Below are positions 8,198 to 15,533 of a stretch of DNA of 35,721 nucleotides, piece after piece. The position numbers and the translations under genes are program-made. The notes beneath the pieces were generated by a model. That model was not told the origin of the DNA. It ran no database searches and saw only the letters and a list, made by a program, of their open reading frames with translations. Origin of the DNA: a virus (lineage: Duplodnaviria; Caudoviricetes); IMG/VR virus record IMGVR_UViG_3300037482_000205, positions 1-35,721 of that record, one strand, 5' to 3'. The first letter of the stretch is position 1, and every line of letters begins with the position of its first letter.

Positions 8198-8610
8198 GGC
8201 CCCGGCTCCTCTACCGGCGGATCCCCCGGGATCGGGTCCGGGGCTGGCGGCGAGGGCCGGTCCGGGCCATCCTCGGCCCGCCCGGAGACGGTCGCGTCGG
8301 GCGGTAGCGCCCGGGCGTCGATGATCTGCGTCACGCCGACTTCGACAGCCGTAGTGCCGAGGTTGACCACCCGCGACTCTCCGACCCTCAGCACCAACTC
8401 GGCGCGCGCGTGTGCGACCTCGGCGCCCTGGAGCGTGACCAGGCAGGCGGCCGGGAGGGGCATCGGCGGGGCGGCGGCCTCGATGGCGGGCGGGTCGGCC
8501 GGCGGCGGGGCACAGGCGACGGCCAGCACCCCAGCCAGGGCAAGGGCCAGCAGGATGCAGCAGCCGGGGTCGCGGACGTATCTGTTCTCGGGAGGCTTCG
8601 GCTTGTCCAT
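8194..8610 (-). CDS. Putative Pro-rich lipoprotein (possible o-spanin or exclusion lipoprotein)
   Basis: Hydrophobic ILLALALAGVLAVA-C lipobox-like segment followed by APPPADPP. Confidence 0.55.
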   Translation of the reverse strand: MDKPKPPENRYVRDPGCCILLALALAGVLAVACAPPPADPPAIEAAAPPMPLPAACLVTLQGAEVAHARAELVLRVGESRVVNLGTTAVEVGVTQIIDARALPPDATVSGRAEDGPDRPSPPAPDPIPGDPPVEEPGP

Positions 8611-8820
8611 TCAGGTCTCTCCTTTCAGTTCGGTCAGTACAGCAAGGTACTCCGCCCGCGTCAACGCCTCGAAGTGAACGTCCGCCCCACACCGATCGCA
8701 GGTGTAGGAGGCGCCGGCGTGGATATCCACATCGGGATCTACCGTCTGCGCTCCCGGATGACCGCAGGCGGGGCAGGCGAAGACGAAGTCGCGGAGGGGC
8801 GGCTGCTTCCTACTCCCCAT
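8611..8820 (-). CDS. Zn-ribbon protein (69 aa)
   Basis: CPACG...CDRCG; GGAGGT RBS. Confidence 0.7.
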   Translation of the reverse strand: MGSRKQPPLRDFVFACPACGHPGAQTVDPDVDIHAGASYTCDRCGADVHFEALTRAEYLAVLTELKGET

Positions 8821-9046
8821 CGGGCACCTCCGCCAGAGCTTTCGACAGCTCCATCTGCGTCTCGGCCAGCTCGGCGGCGGCACGCTCTCCGAGGTTGTTG
8901 ATCAGCGAGGGGATCGCCTCGACCAGCTTCTCGGCGGTCGAGTGCGCCCCGATATGCTCGGCGCGCAGGGCCATGTAGGCGATGCGCATGGCCAGCGAGC
9001 CGTAGTCGGCGGCGAGGACGGGGATGGACGGCTTGCTATTCGGCAT
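8810..9046 (-). CDS. Hypothetical protein (78 aa)
   Basis: ATG 9046 with GGAGGT RBS; part of the coupled chain. Confidence 0.6.
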   Translation of the reverse strand: MPNSKPSIPVLAADYGSLAMRIAYMALRAEHIGAHSTAEKLVEAIPSLINNLGERAAAELAETQMELSKALAEVPDGE

Positions 9047-9263
9047 CGGGCACCTCCGTCGCGACCCCACGCCGCTTCATCTCCCGCCGGCACGCCTTGC
9101 AGGTCACGGCCTCGTCGCAGATCGTCCACAGGGCATGCTCGAGGTTGATCGCTCGCGGACGCTTGAAGCAAAGCGCAGAGACCCTGCCGCCAGGACCCCA
9201 GAGCGCCGCCCGGTGATACTTCTTGCGGTCGCGGTACGGATCGTCTGTGCTCGCGAAGGTCAT
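9036..9263 (-). CDS. Small Zn-finger-like protein
   Basis: H...ALC...VTCKAC; ATGA overlap with the upstream gene. Confidence 0.65.
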   Translation of the reverse strand: MTFASTDDPYRDRKKYHRAALWGPGGRVSALCFKRPRAINLEHALWTICDEAVTCKACRREMKRRGVATEVPDAE

Positions 9264-9823
9264 TCCCTCAGCCCTCCAAGTGAGAACGTGGCTCCGATCA
9301 CCGGCGACGCCGAGTCAAGGCCAATCCCGAAGTCGTCTCGCGTAGCCGCCACCCCCGCGCCGGCGCACAGCCTCCCCCTGCACCAGGCCACCCCCAGCCC
9401 CACCGTCTCCGCCCCGACGAAGGCCACCCCGACGGCGGTGTAGTGCTCCCCGATGCTCCGGTCGATCAGAGAGACGGCCAGCCCGCCGTCACAGCCGAAT
9501 CCGTCGGGCTCGGAGCCGGAGCGCAGAGGGCACCAAGCCGCGGGGGCAATGTAGTCCGCGAGCGAGGGCGCCGGGGGCTCGGGCTCCTGAGCGGCGAGCG
9601 GGGAGGCGAGGGCGAGCAGCAGGGCGGCCGCCACTTTCCGGGCGCCACGGAGGCCGACTACCGCACCGCACGCGCAGCGCTTCCCGACGCCAGCGATCGA
9701 CCAGAGGAAGCCGACCACCTCATTTCCGCAGAACGGGCAGTCGAGCGCGACCAGCTTCCGCCCCGGGCCGCGGTCCTCGATTTCTTCGACCTTGCCGTTG
9801 GTCTCTCGGTAGGTGATGCTCAC
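9260..9823 (-). CDS. Zn-ribbon fused to an internal signal peptide and a beta-strand-rich exported domain
   Basis: CPFCG...CACG, then RKVAAALLLALASPLAA-Q, then amphipathic Gly-rich strands ending VIGATFSLGG. Confidence 0.6.
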   Translation of the reverse strand: MSITYRETNGKVEEIEDRGPGRKLVALDCPFCGNEVVGFLWSIAGVGKRCACGAVVGLRGARKVAAALLLALASPLAAQEPEPPAPSLADYIAPAAWCPLRSGSEPDGFGCDGGLAVSLIDRSIGEHYTAVGVAFVGAETVGLGVAWCRGRLCAGAGVAATRDDFGIGLDSASPVIGATFSLGGLRE

Positions 9824-9993
9824 CTGCTTGCCCTCCGCGCCCTCTCCACCCGCACCACGCGAAAGCCCTCGCCCTCCAGGGTCGACCAGTCGGCCCCCAT
9901 CCGGGTGCAGGCGAGCCTCCGCGCGCCGTACTTGTCGCCGCTCGCCACCGGCAGCAGCCGCCCCTCCGGGTCGCGGACGCCCCAGCCGGTCAC
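9820..9993 (-). CDS. Small hypothetical protein (paralogue of 11916-12098)
   Basis: GTGA-coupled; WGVRDPEG...C..MG..W......GFRVVRVE. Confidence 0.6.
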   Translation of the reverse strand: MTGWGVRDPEGRLLPVASGDKYGARRLACTRMGADWSTLEGEGFRVVRVERARRASR

Positions 9994-10493
9994 GGCTTCA
10001 CCCCCGCCGTCTGCCAGTCCGGGAACGCCCGCTCCGCATTCCGCTCCCACCAGCGATAGCGCCAGCCGCGGAATCCTCGGATCGCCTGGTCGACGGTGAC
10101 GGCTACCGCCCCGCCGCGGCGGATGAATGCCTGTAGCTCGCGCTCGGTCTCATCGGTCTGAACCGCGTACAGCGGGGCGTAGCCTCGGAGTTTGCCGAGG
10201 GCAACCACGTAGACGCGCTGATCGGGGTCAGCGAGGTGCCACATGCTCTCCGAATCGCGGCGCGACCAGACCAGCTCGGTGCCGGGGGAGTTGTCGTCAA
10301 GCAGATCGTCACGCGCCGGGGCGAAGGCCCCGCCGCACCGCTTTGCCCCGGTCAACCCAACCCGCGACGGGATCGCGCTGCCGAGGTAGAACGACCAGTA
10401 GTCGCCCGACCACCGATCGCCGGGCAGATCACCCTCGGCGATCCAGGCGGCCCACAGGCGGGCGGGGACCGTGACGACCAGGTCGGCGCTCAC
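9990..10493 (-). CDS. Conserved phage protein, possibly PUA/ASCH-like fold
   Basis: DLVVTVP...WIAEGD...RVYVVALGKLRGYAPL...IRGFRGWRYRWW; the fold is an inference. Confidence 0.6.
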   Translation of the reverse strand: MSADLVVTVPARLWAAWIAEGDLPGDRWSGDYWSFYLGSAIPSRVGLTGAKRCGGAFAPARDDLLDDNSPGTELVWSRRDSESMWHLADPDQRVYVVALGKLRGYAPLYAVQTDETERELQAFIRRGGAVAVTVDQAIRGFRGWRYRWWERNAERAFPDWQTAGVKP

Positions 10494-10756
10494 AGACCCA
10501 GCTCCTCTCGCCAAGCCCGCGACCCCTCGGCAGTCGTGACGGCCAGCGTCGCGCCGAGGTGGGCGGCGACGTCAGCGTCGGCGATGGTGTAGCCCTCGGC
10601 CTGCCAGCCGCGGGAAAGGTTCGACAGGTCGGAGACCCGGACCGGGCCGTAGACCGCGATCCCGTGCGGGCGGCGCTCGAGACGCACGACGGCCGCCTCG
10701 ATCACCCCGCTCCGCAGCATGCCGGGCGGCACCGGGGGCGGTGTAGACCAGGGCAT
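10490..10756 (-). CDS. Hypothetical protein (88 aa)
   Basis: ATG overlapping the upstream TGA, GGAGG RBS. Confidence 0.55.
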   Translation of the reverse strand: MPWSTPPPVPPGMLRSGVIEAAVVRLERRPHGIAVYGPVRVSDLSNLSRGWQAEGYTIADADVAAHLGATLAVTTAEGSRAWREELGL

Positions 10757-11145
10757 CAGCGCACCGCCTCCAGTGCCGCCCGGCAGACCGCTTTGGCGAG
10801 GGCGCCGCGCCAGTCGCCGCGGACGATGCTCTGCTCCGCGAAACCGTCGAGTTTCCTGGCATGCCCGAACTCCACGTAGACCACCGGCTCGGCGGCGTCT
10901 TTGCTGTCGAGCGAGATAGAGAGTTCTTTGCCCCGCTCGCGCATCGCCCCGATCACGTCCATGAGATCGCCTGAGTTGTCGAGCGGGTGCCAAGCCCCGC
11001 CGCTCGGCGCCCGGACATGCCAGCCGTCCGGATCGAGGTAGACGGGATTGCCGCAGCCAGAGCAGTCGGCCTCTTTGCAGGTGCTCCACCCCATCACGTC
11101 CCGGGCGACGCGGGCGGCGAGCGGGAGGGTGGGGCGGCGGGTCAC
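10756..11145 (-). CDS. Phage ABA-sandwich (BC1872-like) domain protein
   Basis: LAARVARDVMGW...WHPLDNSGDLMDVI...ALAKAVCRAALEAV. Confidence 0.65.
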   Translation of the reverse strand: MTRRPTLPLAARVARDVMGWSTCKEADCSGCGNPVYLDPDGWHVRAPSGGAWHPLDNSGDLMDVIGAMRERGKELSISLDSKDAAEPVVYVEFGHARKLDGFAEQSIVRGDWRGALAKAVCRAALEAVR

Positions 11146-11750
11146 AGCCTCAACTCCTCAGCGGCCCGCTCGTACGCCGCAGCCATCCGCCCCGCGTAGT
11201 CGTGCCGAGCGTGACCGGGGCCGTTGTACCAGCGAGCGAAGGTCGGCCAATCGAGCCCCCGCAGCGCGTCGACCAGCCGCTCGCTCGCCCGGATGAACAT
11301 CACGAACGCCCGCAGGTGATCGTCCACCCCGCGGTACATCGCGGTGATGAAGCGCTGGAGGCTCGGCGAGTACTGCTGATCGCGGCCGAGCTGCTGATAC
11401 AGACCCCACGAGGCGGAGCGGAGCGCCGCGTCTCGGTCGAGCGCCACGGCCGCTTGGAGTCGCCGATGCTGCGCAGAGGTCGGCCCGTAGCCCCCCGGGA
11501 TCGGGTTGGAGATCAGCGACCACGCTGCTGGCGCGCCGGGCACCCGGGCACCGGCGAAGCGACCGCGGGTCAGCTCGTGGAAGACATGGCGCTCGAACAG
11601 GATGGTCGGCTCGCCCGAGTCGAGGAAGGCGCCCTCCCGCCTGGTTTCGACTTCGGCAACGGCCTGGATCGCCGCGGGCTCGCACATCAGGAGCCAGGCG
11701 GCGGCCTGGTAGGCAGCGGGGGTGGGGTGGTCGGCCTTGCGGTCGGTCAC
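11142..11750 (-). CDS. Endolysin, N-acetylmuramidase (DUF3380/PF11860 type), catalytic domain only
   Basis: AIQAVAEVET...GEPTILFERHVF...ALRSASWGLYQ.LG...WPTFARWYNGPG...Y. Confidence 0.92.
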   Translation of the reverse strand: MTDRKADHPTPAAYQAAAWLLMCEPAAIQAVAEVETRREGAFLDSGEPTILFERHVFHELTRGRFAGARVPGAPAAWSLISNPIPGGYGPTSAQHRRLQAAVALDRDAALRSASWGLYQQLGRDQQYSPSLQRFITAMYRGVDDHLRAFVMFIRASERLVDALRGLDWPTFARWYNGPGHARHDYAGRMAAAYERAAEELRL

Positions 11751-11884
11751 AGGTAGATCCCGTTCTGGCGGAGGGTCTCTTCCAGCACCTCGATCCGCCG
11801 CCTGAGTGCGCGCGTCGTCATGAGCGCGCCGGCTCCGATCAGCACCAGGGCTATCGCGAGCACAGCCACCGGCAGGTAGATCAT
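11747..11884 (-). CDS. 45-aa single-TM protein immediately upstream of the endolysin (holin-like candidate)
   Basis: MIYLPVAVLAIALVLIGAGALM plus a charged tail; GGAGG RBS; GTGA-coupled to the endolysin. Confidence 0.55.
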   Translation of the reverse strand: MIYLPVAVLAIALVLIGAGALMTTRALRRRIEVLEETLRQNGIYL

Positions 11885-11915
11885 CGCTTCCTCCCCGTAG
11901 CGGCCCGGCGGTCGG

Positions 11916-12098
11916 TCACGGCAGCTCCCTGATCTCGACCTTGACGGCCCGGTCGCCCGCACGCCGACACTCGTCCCACGTCTGACCGAGCGCCTTGCAG
12001 TGCGCTCTGACAACCTCCCTGCGAGTACGCCCGGGATCCCGCAAGTATCCGTTTCGGTCCTTGATCGCCCACCAACGCTCGGCCACCGGTTCGCTCAC
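11916..12098 (-). CDS. Small hypothetical protein (paralogue of 9820-9993)
   Basis: WAIKDRNG...C..LG..W......GDRAVKVE; GTGA-coupled to the RHH gene. Confidence 0.6.
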   Translation of the reverse strand: MSEPVAERWWAIKDRNGYLRDPGRTRREVVRAHCKALGQTWDECRRAGDRAVKVEIRELP

Positions 12099-12292
12099 CG
12101 CTTCACCCTCCCCGCAGCGGCCCGGCAGTGCCGTCCGCCGGGCTCGCTGCGCTCGACTGCACCACGGAGGATCCAGCGCACCTGATCGCTCAGGCGCCGC
12201 CCGTCCTTGGCCGCGAGCTGCTTGAGCGAGTCGGCCAGATCCTCGTGGATGCGAATGTTGATGCGGGCGGTCAGATCGCGGCGTCGCGGCAT
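12095..12292 (-). CDS. Arc/ribbon-helix-helix DNA-binding protein
   Basis: TARINIRIHEDLADSLKQLAAKDGRRLSDQVRWILRGAV; leaderless ATG 7 nt after CACAGT. Confidence 0.85.
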   Translation of the reverse strand: MPRRRDLTARINIRIHEDLADSLKQLAAKDGRRLSDQVRWILRGAVERSEPGGRHCRAAAGRVKR

Positions 12293-12345
12293 GTACCCCA
12301 CTGTGGCACGTGGGAGAGGCCGCGCGGGGGCTTACGAGATTTCAG
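12293..12345 (-). promoter_or_regulatory. Conserved box plus extended -10 promoter, copy 1
   Basis: Minus strand: CTGAAATCTCGTAA, 23 nt, TGC-CACAGT, 7 nt, ATG (12292). Confidence 0.6.
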
Positions 12346-12543
12346 TCAGCGAGCCAGCACCACCCGCCGCGGAGTAGCCCCCTCCGGTAGATGCTGCAGC
12401 TTGACCGCCGTCTCGCTGTCGCGGACGCCGATGCCGCGGAGGGCCTGCTCGACTACGCCGGCGACACGAGCCCGGGCGTCGGGATCGTCGAGTGCGCCGA
12501 AGCGGTAGTCGACGCGCAGCAGGTAGGGGCGCAGCGGGGGCAT
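12346..12543 (-). CDS. Hypothetical protein (65 aa)
   Basis: MPPLRPYLLRVDYRF...; fills the gap between the PAS and RHH genes; TGA-TAGGAT extended -10-like site upstream near 12601-12609. Confidence 0.5.
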   Translation of the reverse strand: MPPLRPYLLRVDYRFGALDDPDARARVAGVVEQALRGIGVRDSETAVKLQHLPEGATPRRVVLAR

Positions 12544-12640
12544 GATCTCGGCTCGCGGGTGGGCATGCGTGATCCTGGCTGCGCCTTCGGTGCGGCGGCG
12601 ATCCTATCACTACCGGTATCAGTGGCACCAGCCCAGCAGG

Positions 12641-13309
12641 TCAGTCCGGAGCCGCCCCGTCGTCGCGCACCCAGGCGAGTGAAGTACCGGCATCGTAGGC
12701 AATCGCATACCACCGCAGACGCCGGTAGCCGCCATCCTTGCAGCGGAAGCGATTCGGGAAGCTGTCCACCGGCGAGGACCACGTCCCACCCTCGGCCGCC
12801 TGGGTCCGCTGGAAGTCCTCGGGGTGGCAGAGTCTGCGCCAGCCCATGCTGACGATCTCCTCCCGCGTCCAGCCGAGGACGTCGCAGAAAGACTGGTTCA
12901 CCCACAGTAACGAGCCGTTCCCCGAGGATCCGGTGATCGCCCACGGTACGGGCAGCCCGTCCAAGAGCGCGGCCACGGGCGCGGCGTTGCGCGCCAGCAG
13001 CTCCGCCGCCTTGAGCAGGGGGTACTCGCTGGCGTACCAGCCGAGGTCACGCTGAAGCCCATGGATCGTTTCGAGCGCGGCTTCCAACTCCATCGACTTC
13101 ACCTCCAGCGCGGAGATAGCGGTATCCTCAGCCACGTGCGCATCCCGGCGGCGCTGACGCTCGCGGTCGATCTCGACGGCGGAGTCAGCACCGGCATCGC
13201 GACGCAGCTTCGCCAGATCGGCGCGGGCACGCCATACGGCAATTGCTGCCCCGGAGAGGGTCGCCAGCACGCCAGCCACCGCCACCGCCTGCGCTAGAGT
13301 GATTTCCAT
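12641..13309 (-). CDS. Membrane-anchored PAS-domain protein (TM, coiled coil, PAS)
   Basis: N-terminal TM AVAVAGVLATLSGAAIAVW; coiled coil; PAS signature LLDGLP...G.LLWVNQSFCDVLGWTREEI...W..LCHPED...NRFRCKDGGYRRLRW. Confidence 0.88.
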   Translation of the reverse strand: MEITLAQAVAVAGVLATLSGAAIAVWRARADLAKLRRDAGADSAVEIDRERQRRRDAHVAEDTAISALEVKSMELEAALETIHGLQRDLGWYASEYPLLKAAELLARNAAPVAALLDGLPVPWAITGSSGNGSLLWVNQSFCDVLGWTREEIVSMGWRRLCHPEDFQRTQAAEGGTWSSPVDSFPNRFRCKDGGYRRLRWYAIAYDAGTSLAWVRDDGAAPD

Positions 13310-13661
13310 GGCGACGATCCTGATGATCGATGATCACCCGCACATGCGGGAGCTATCCCGATACCTGCTCGCGCGAGCGGGACACCGAGTACTCCTCTGC
13401 GCGCGAGGAGAGGATGGCCTCGCCATCGCTGCCAGGGAAAAGCCCGATCTCGTATTGATCGATCTCAACCTGCCTGGCGGGATCGACGGGTACGAGACGA
13501 TGCGCCGCATGCCGGCGGGAACACGAGCGGTTGCCTTCACCGCCTACCCCGGGGAGATCCTGGCCGCCGGCTTCGCCGGCCGGATCGACAAGGCGGTGCG
13601 ATCGGAAACCTTTGTCGATCAGGTCGAGGCGTTCCTGCCTACGGGGGCGGCCGCAAGATGA
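13308..13661 (+). CDS. Single-domain response regulator (CheY/DivK-like receiver)
   Basis: ILMIDD...GEDGL...EKPDLVLIDLNLPG.IDGYE...AFTAY...AGF...IDK; phospho-acceptor Asp, Thr and Lys present; TAGAGT 7 nt before the ATG. Confidence 0.9.
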   Translation: MATILMIDDHPHMRELSRYLLARAGHRVLLCARGEDGLAIAAREKPDLVLIDLNLPGGIDGYETMRRMPAGTRAVAFTAYPGEILAAGFAGRIDKAVRSETFVDQVEAFLPTGAAAR

Positions 13662-13845
13662 TGATCACTTCCTCTTCCTTCGACCCCAGCGTCTCGGCGT
13701 CGAAGGCCTGGAGCTTCTGGTCGACCTGCTCGGAGAGGTCCTGCAGCACTTCGTCGACCAGGGCGCGGATCTCATCTGCCTGCTCGGCGGAGATCGGGAG
13801 TTGCGGCGTGTAGGCGGTGACGGCGGAAGCCAGCTTATTGCTCAT
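13639..13845 (-). CDS. Small acidic hypothetical protein
   Basis: 68 aa, ATGA-coupled to the upstream gene; 3' end overlaps the receiver gene by 23 nt. Confidence 0.6.
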   Translation of the reverse strand: MSNKLASAVTAYTPQLPISAEQADEIRALVDEVLQDLSEQVDQKLQAFDAETLGSKEEEVIIILRPPP

Positions 13846-14105
13846 GGTCGGCAGATCTCCTCAACCCGCTTGCGGGTGTGCACGCCTTCCAGTTGGACGG
13901 CGGTGGTCATCTTGAAATCTCGGTCGCGCTCCTCTGCCCGGTGCTCGGTCAGCACGCGGGCGCACTCGCGCAGCTCGGCGGTGAGCGCGTCCTTGAGCTG
14001 CTCGTTTTCTTCCTGCAATCCCCGTACGGCGAAGTAAAGGCATGCAGCACCGACTATAAGAATCAGGCATACCGCGACGTCGAACCATCGCGGGCGAGGG
14101 CGCAC
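13842..14105 (-). CDS. N-terminal TM plus coiled-coil protein (i-spanin-like or holin accessory)
   Basis: WFDVAVCLILIVGAACLYFAV then GLQEENEQLKDALTAELREC. Confidence 0.55.
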   Translation of the reverse strand: MRPRPRWFDVAVCLILIVGAACLYFAVRGLQEENEQLKDALTAELRECARVLTEHRAEERDRDFKMTTAVQLEGVHTRKRVEEICRP

Positions 14106-14407
14106 TACGAATCCTCCCCTTGCTCATGGTCGTACGGCGGGGCGGTTGGCTGCTGGAATAGCTCGGTCACGCGCCTCTGAATGGCCTCCCCTCGCCCGGG
14201 GGCGATGTACTCCACCGCCGTGAGCAACAGGGCGCTTTGGCGCTGGATCGTGATGCTGAGTCCCTCGATCGCGTGGCGGTCGGCCGCCATCGAACGAAGA
14301 TAGTCGCGGCGCTCCATCTTTCGATCGCGCTGCTGCGCGATGATGAAGTAGGCCAGCACCAGCGATGCCGGGGCACCGGAGAGCGCGGCGATGACCGAGG
14401 GATCCAC
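14105..14407 (-). CDS. Single-TM holin-like protein
   Basis: GTG 14407; VIAALSGAPASLVLAYFII plus a charged coiled tail; TAGTCT 7 nt before the GTG. Confidence 0.55.
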   Translation of the reverse strand: MDPSVIAALSGAPASLVLAYFIIAQQRDRKMERRDYLRSMAADRHAIEGLSITIQRQSALLLTAVEYIAPGRGEAIQRRVTELFQQPTAPPYDHEQGEDS

Positions 14408-14424
14408 GGCGCCTAGACTACCTG

Positions 14425-14467
14425 AAAAGAGTGCGGGCCGCCCCTGGAGGGTACAGGAGCGGCCCGC
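14425..14467 (-). terminator. Intrinsic terminator/attenuator hairpin
   Basis: Minus strand GCGGGCCGCTCCTG-taccctc-CAGGGGCGGCCCGC followed by ACTCTTTT. Confidence 0.65.
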
Positions 14468-14486
14468 CGATGGAGGAGAGACGCAT

Positions 14487-14540
14487 GACCCCGGAATAGT
14501 GGCAGATCTGTTGGGGAGCACGAGGGTTATGGGATTTCAG
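14487..14540 (-). promoter_or_regulatory. Conserved box plus extended -10 promoter, copy 2
   Basis: Minus strand: CTGAAATCCCATAA, 22 nt, TGC-CACTAT, 9 nt, ATG (14486). Confidence 0.55.
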
Positions 14541-14561
14541 CACGGGCTCGCAGCGCTCAGG

Positions 14562-15533
14562 TCAGCCACCGCACCCCGCGTCAATCCACTCGCGGTGTCC
14601 GCCCTCTGCTACCGGGCGGTCGAGGTAGGCGAACAGCCCGGCGCGAGTGGTCGCGTCGAAGGCGTGGCGGTAGAACATGCCCTCGCGGAAGAAAATGGTG
14701 CCGGGGTACTCCAGATCCGTCCCGGTGCCGTTGACGTGGTAGCAGCTCAGGCACCCGAATTCTGGACCGCTGGGCGGGGCAATGGCGCCGATGTCGAACT
14801 CCTCCCACGGCGAGCACGGGAGGCGGCGCCACATCCGCAGGGATGCATCTAGGCGCCGCTCGACCACGGCCGCCATGCGGGTATTGAGCGGGACGTTGCC
14901 GAACGTCACCTTCCCGGGACTGCCGACGCGGATCTGCCAGGCGCCGGAGCTAGAGACGGTGATGTAGCTCGGCATCGCCGCGGGGTTCGCATAGCCGATG
15001 ATCTTGCCCGGCGTGTGGACGTAGCCGGCGAGCACGAATGCCCACGGGTCGGAGGCTCCGACCGACCACGGATTCTGCTCGCAGACGCACGGGCCGGGGT
15101 TGCAGACGGTGCAGTTCTGGAAGACGAGCTGATCGTTGCCGTCAAACATGATGCCGTCGATCTCGGCGAGCGGACCCCATTCGACGGTTGGCTCGGTGGC
15201 TTCCCTGGTGGTGCCCGAGAGAGCGAGGAGGTGGTGCACCCAAGAGCCCGGCGGAGGTGGGTCGCCCATCTCGCCGATCTGCACCGGCGGCTCGATGCCA
15301 GGCTCGACGGCGTGGGCAACGTCCCACCGCCAGTGCGCCTCCAGTCCGGCGAGGGGCGGGCCGCTTGTCGGCGGCGGGTCCTCGCAGGTCGGGGGCGGCG
15401 GGCACTCGGGAGCCTCGGCACAGGAGATCGAGATCTGCTCGCCGTGACTCAGCTCGACGGGGGCGACCTGAGAGGCGGCGGGCGCGGCTAGCAAGAAGGC
15501 CAACCAAGCGAAGGCGAAACGACGATTCATCAT
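14562..15533 (-). CDS. Exported Cys/Pro-rich protein with LamG/concanavalin-like domain
   Basis: Signal peptide MMNRRFAFAWLAFLLAAPAAS-Q; LAGLEAHWRWD...GIMFDGND...YITV...GMFYRHAFDATTRAGLFAYL pattern. Confidence 0.65.
   Translation of the reverse strand: MMNRRFAFAWLAFLLAAPAASQVAPVELSHGEQISISCAEAPECPPPPTCEDPPPTSGPPLAGLEAHWRWDVAHAVEPGIEPPVQIGEMGDPPPPGSWVHHLLALSGTTREATEPTVEWGPLAEIDGIMFDGNDQLVFQNCTVCNPGPCVCEQNPWSVGASDPWAFVLAGYVHTPGKIIGYANPAAMPSYITVSSSGAWQIRVGSPGKVTFGNVPLNTRMAAVVERRLDASLRMWRRLPCSPWEEFDIGAIAPPSGPEFGCLSCYHVNGTGTDLEYPGTIFFREGMFYRHAFDATTRAGLFAYLDRPVAEGGHREWIDAGCGG

Noticed and set aside
8980-9030. VLAADYGSLAMRI resembles DNA polymerase A motif A (ADYSQIELR)
   Set aside because: The ORF is only 78 aa, lacks the conserved Glu and all other polymerase motifs; probably coincidence.
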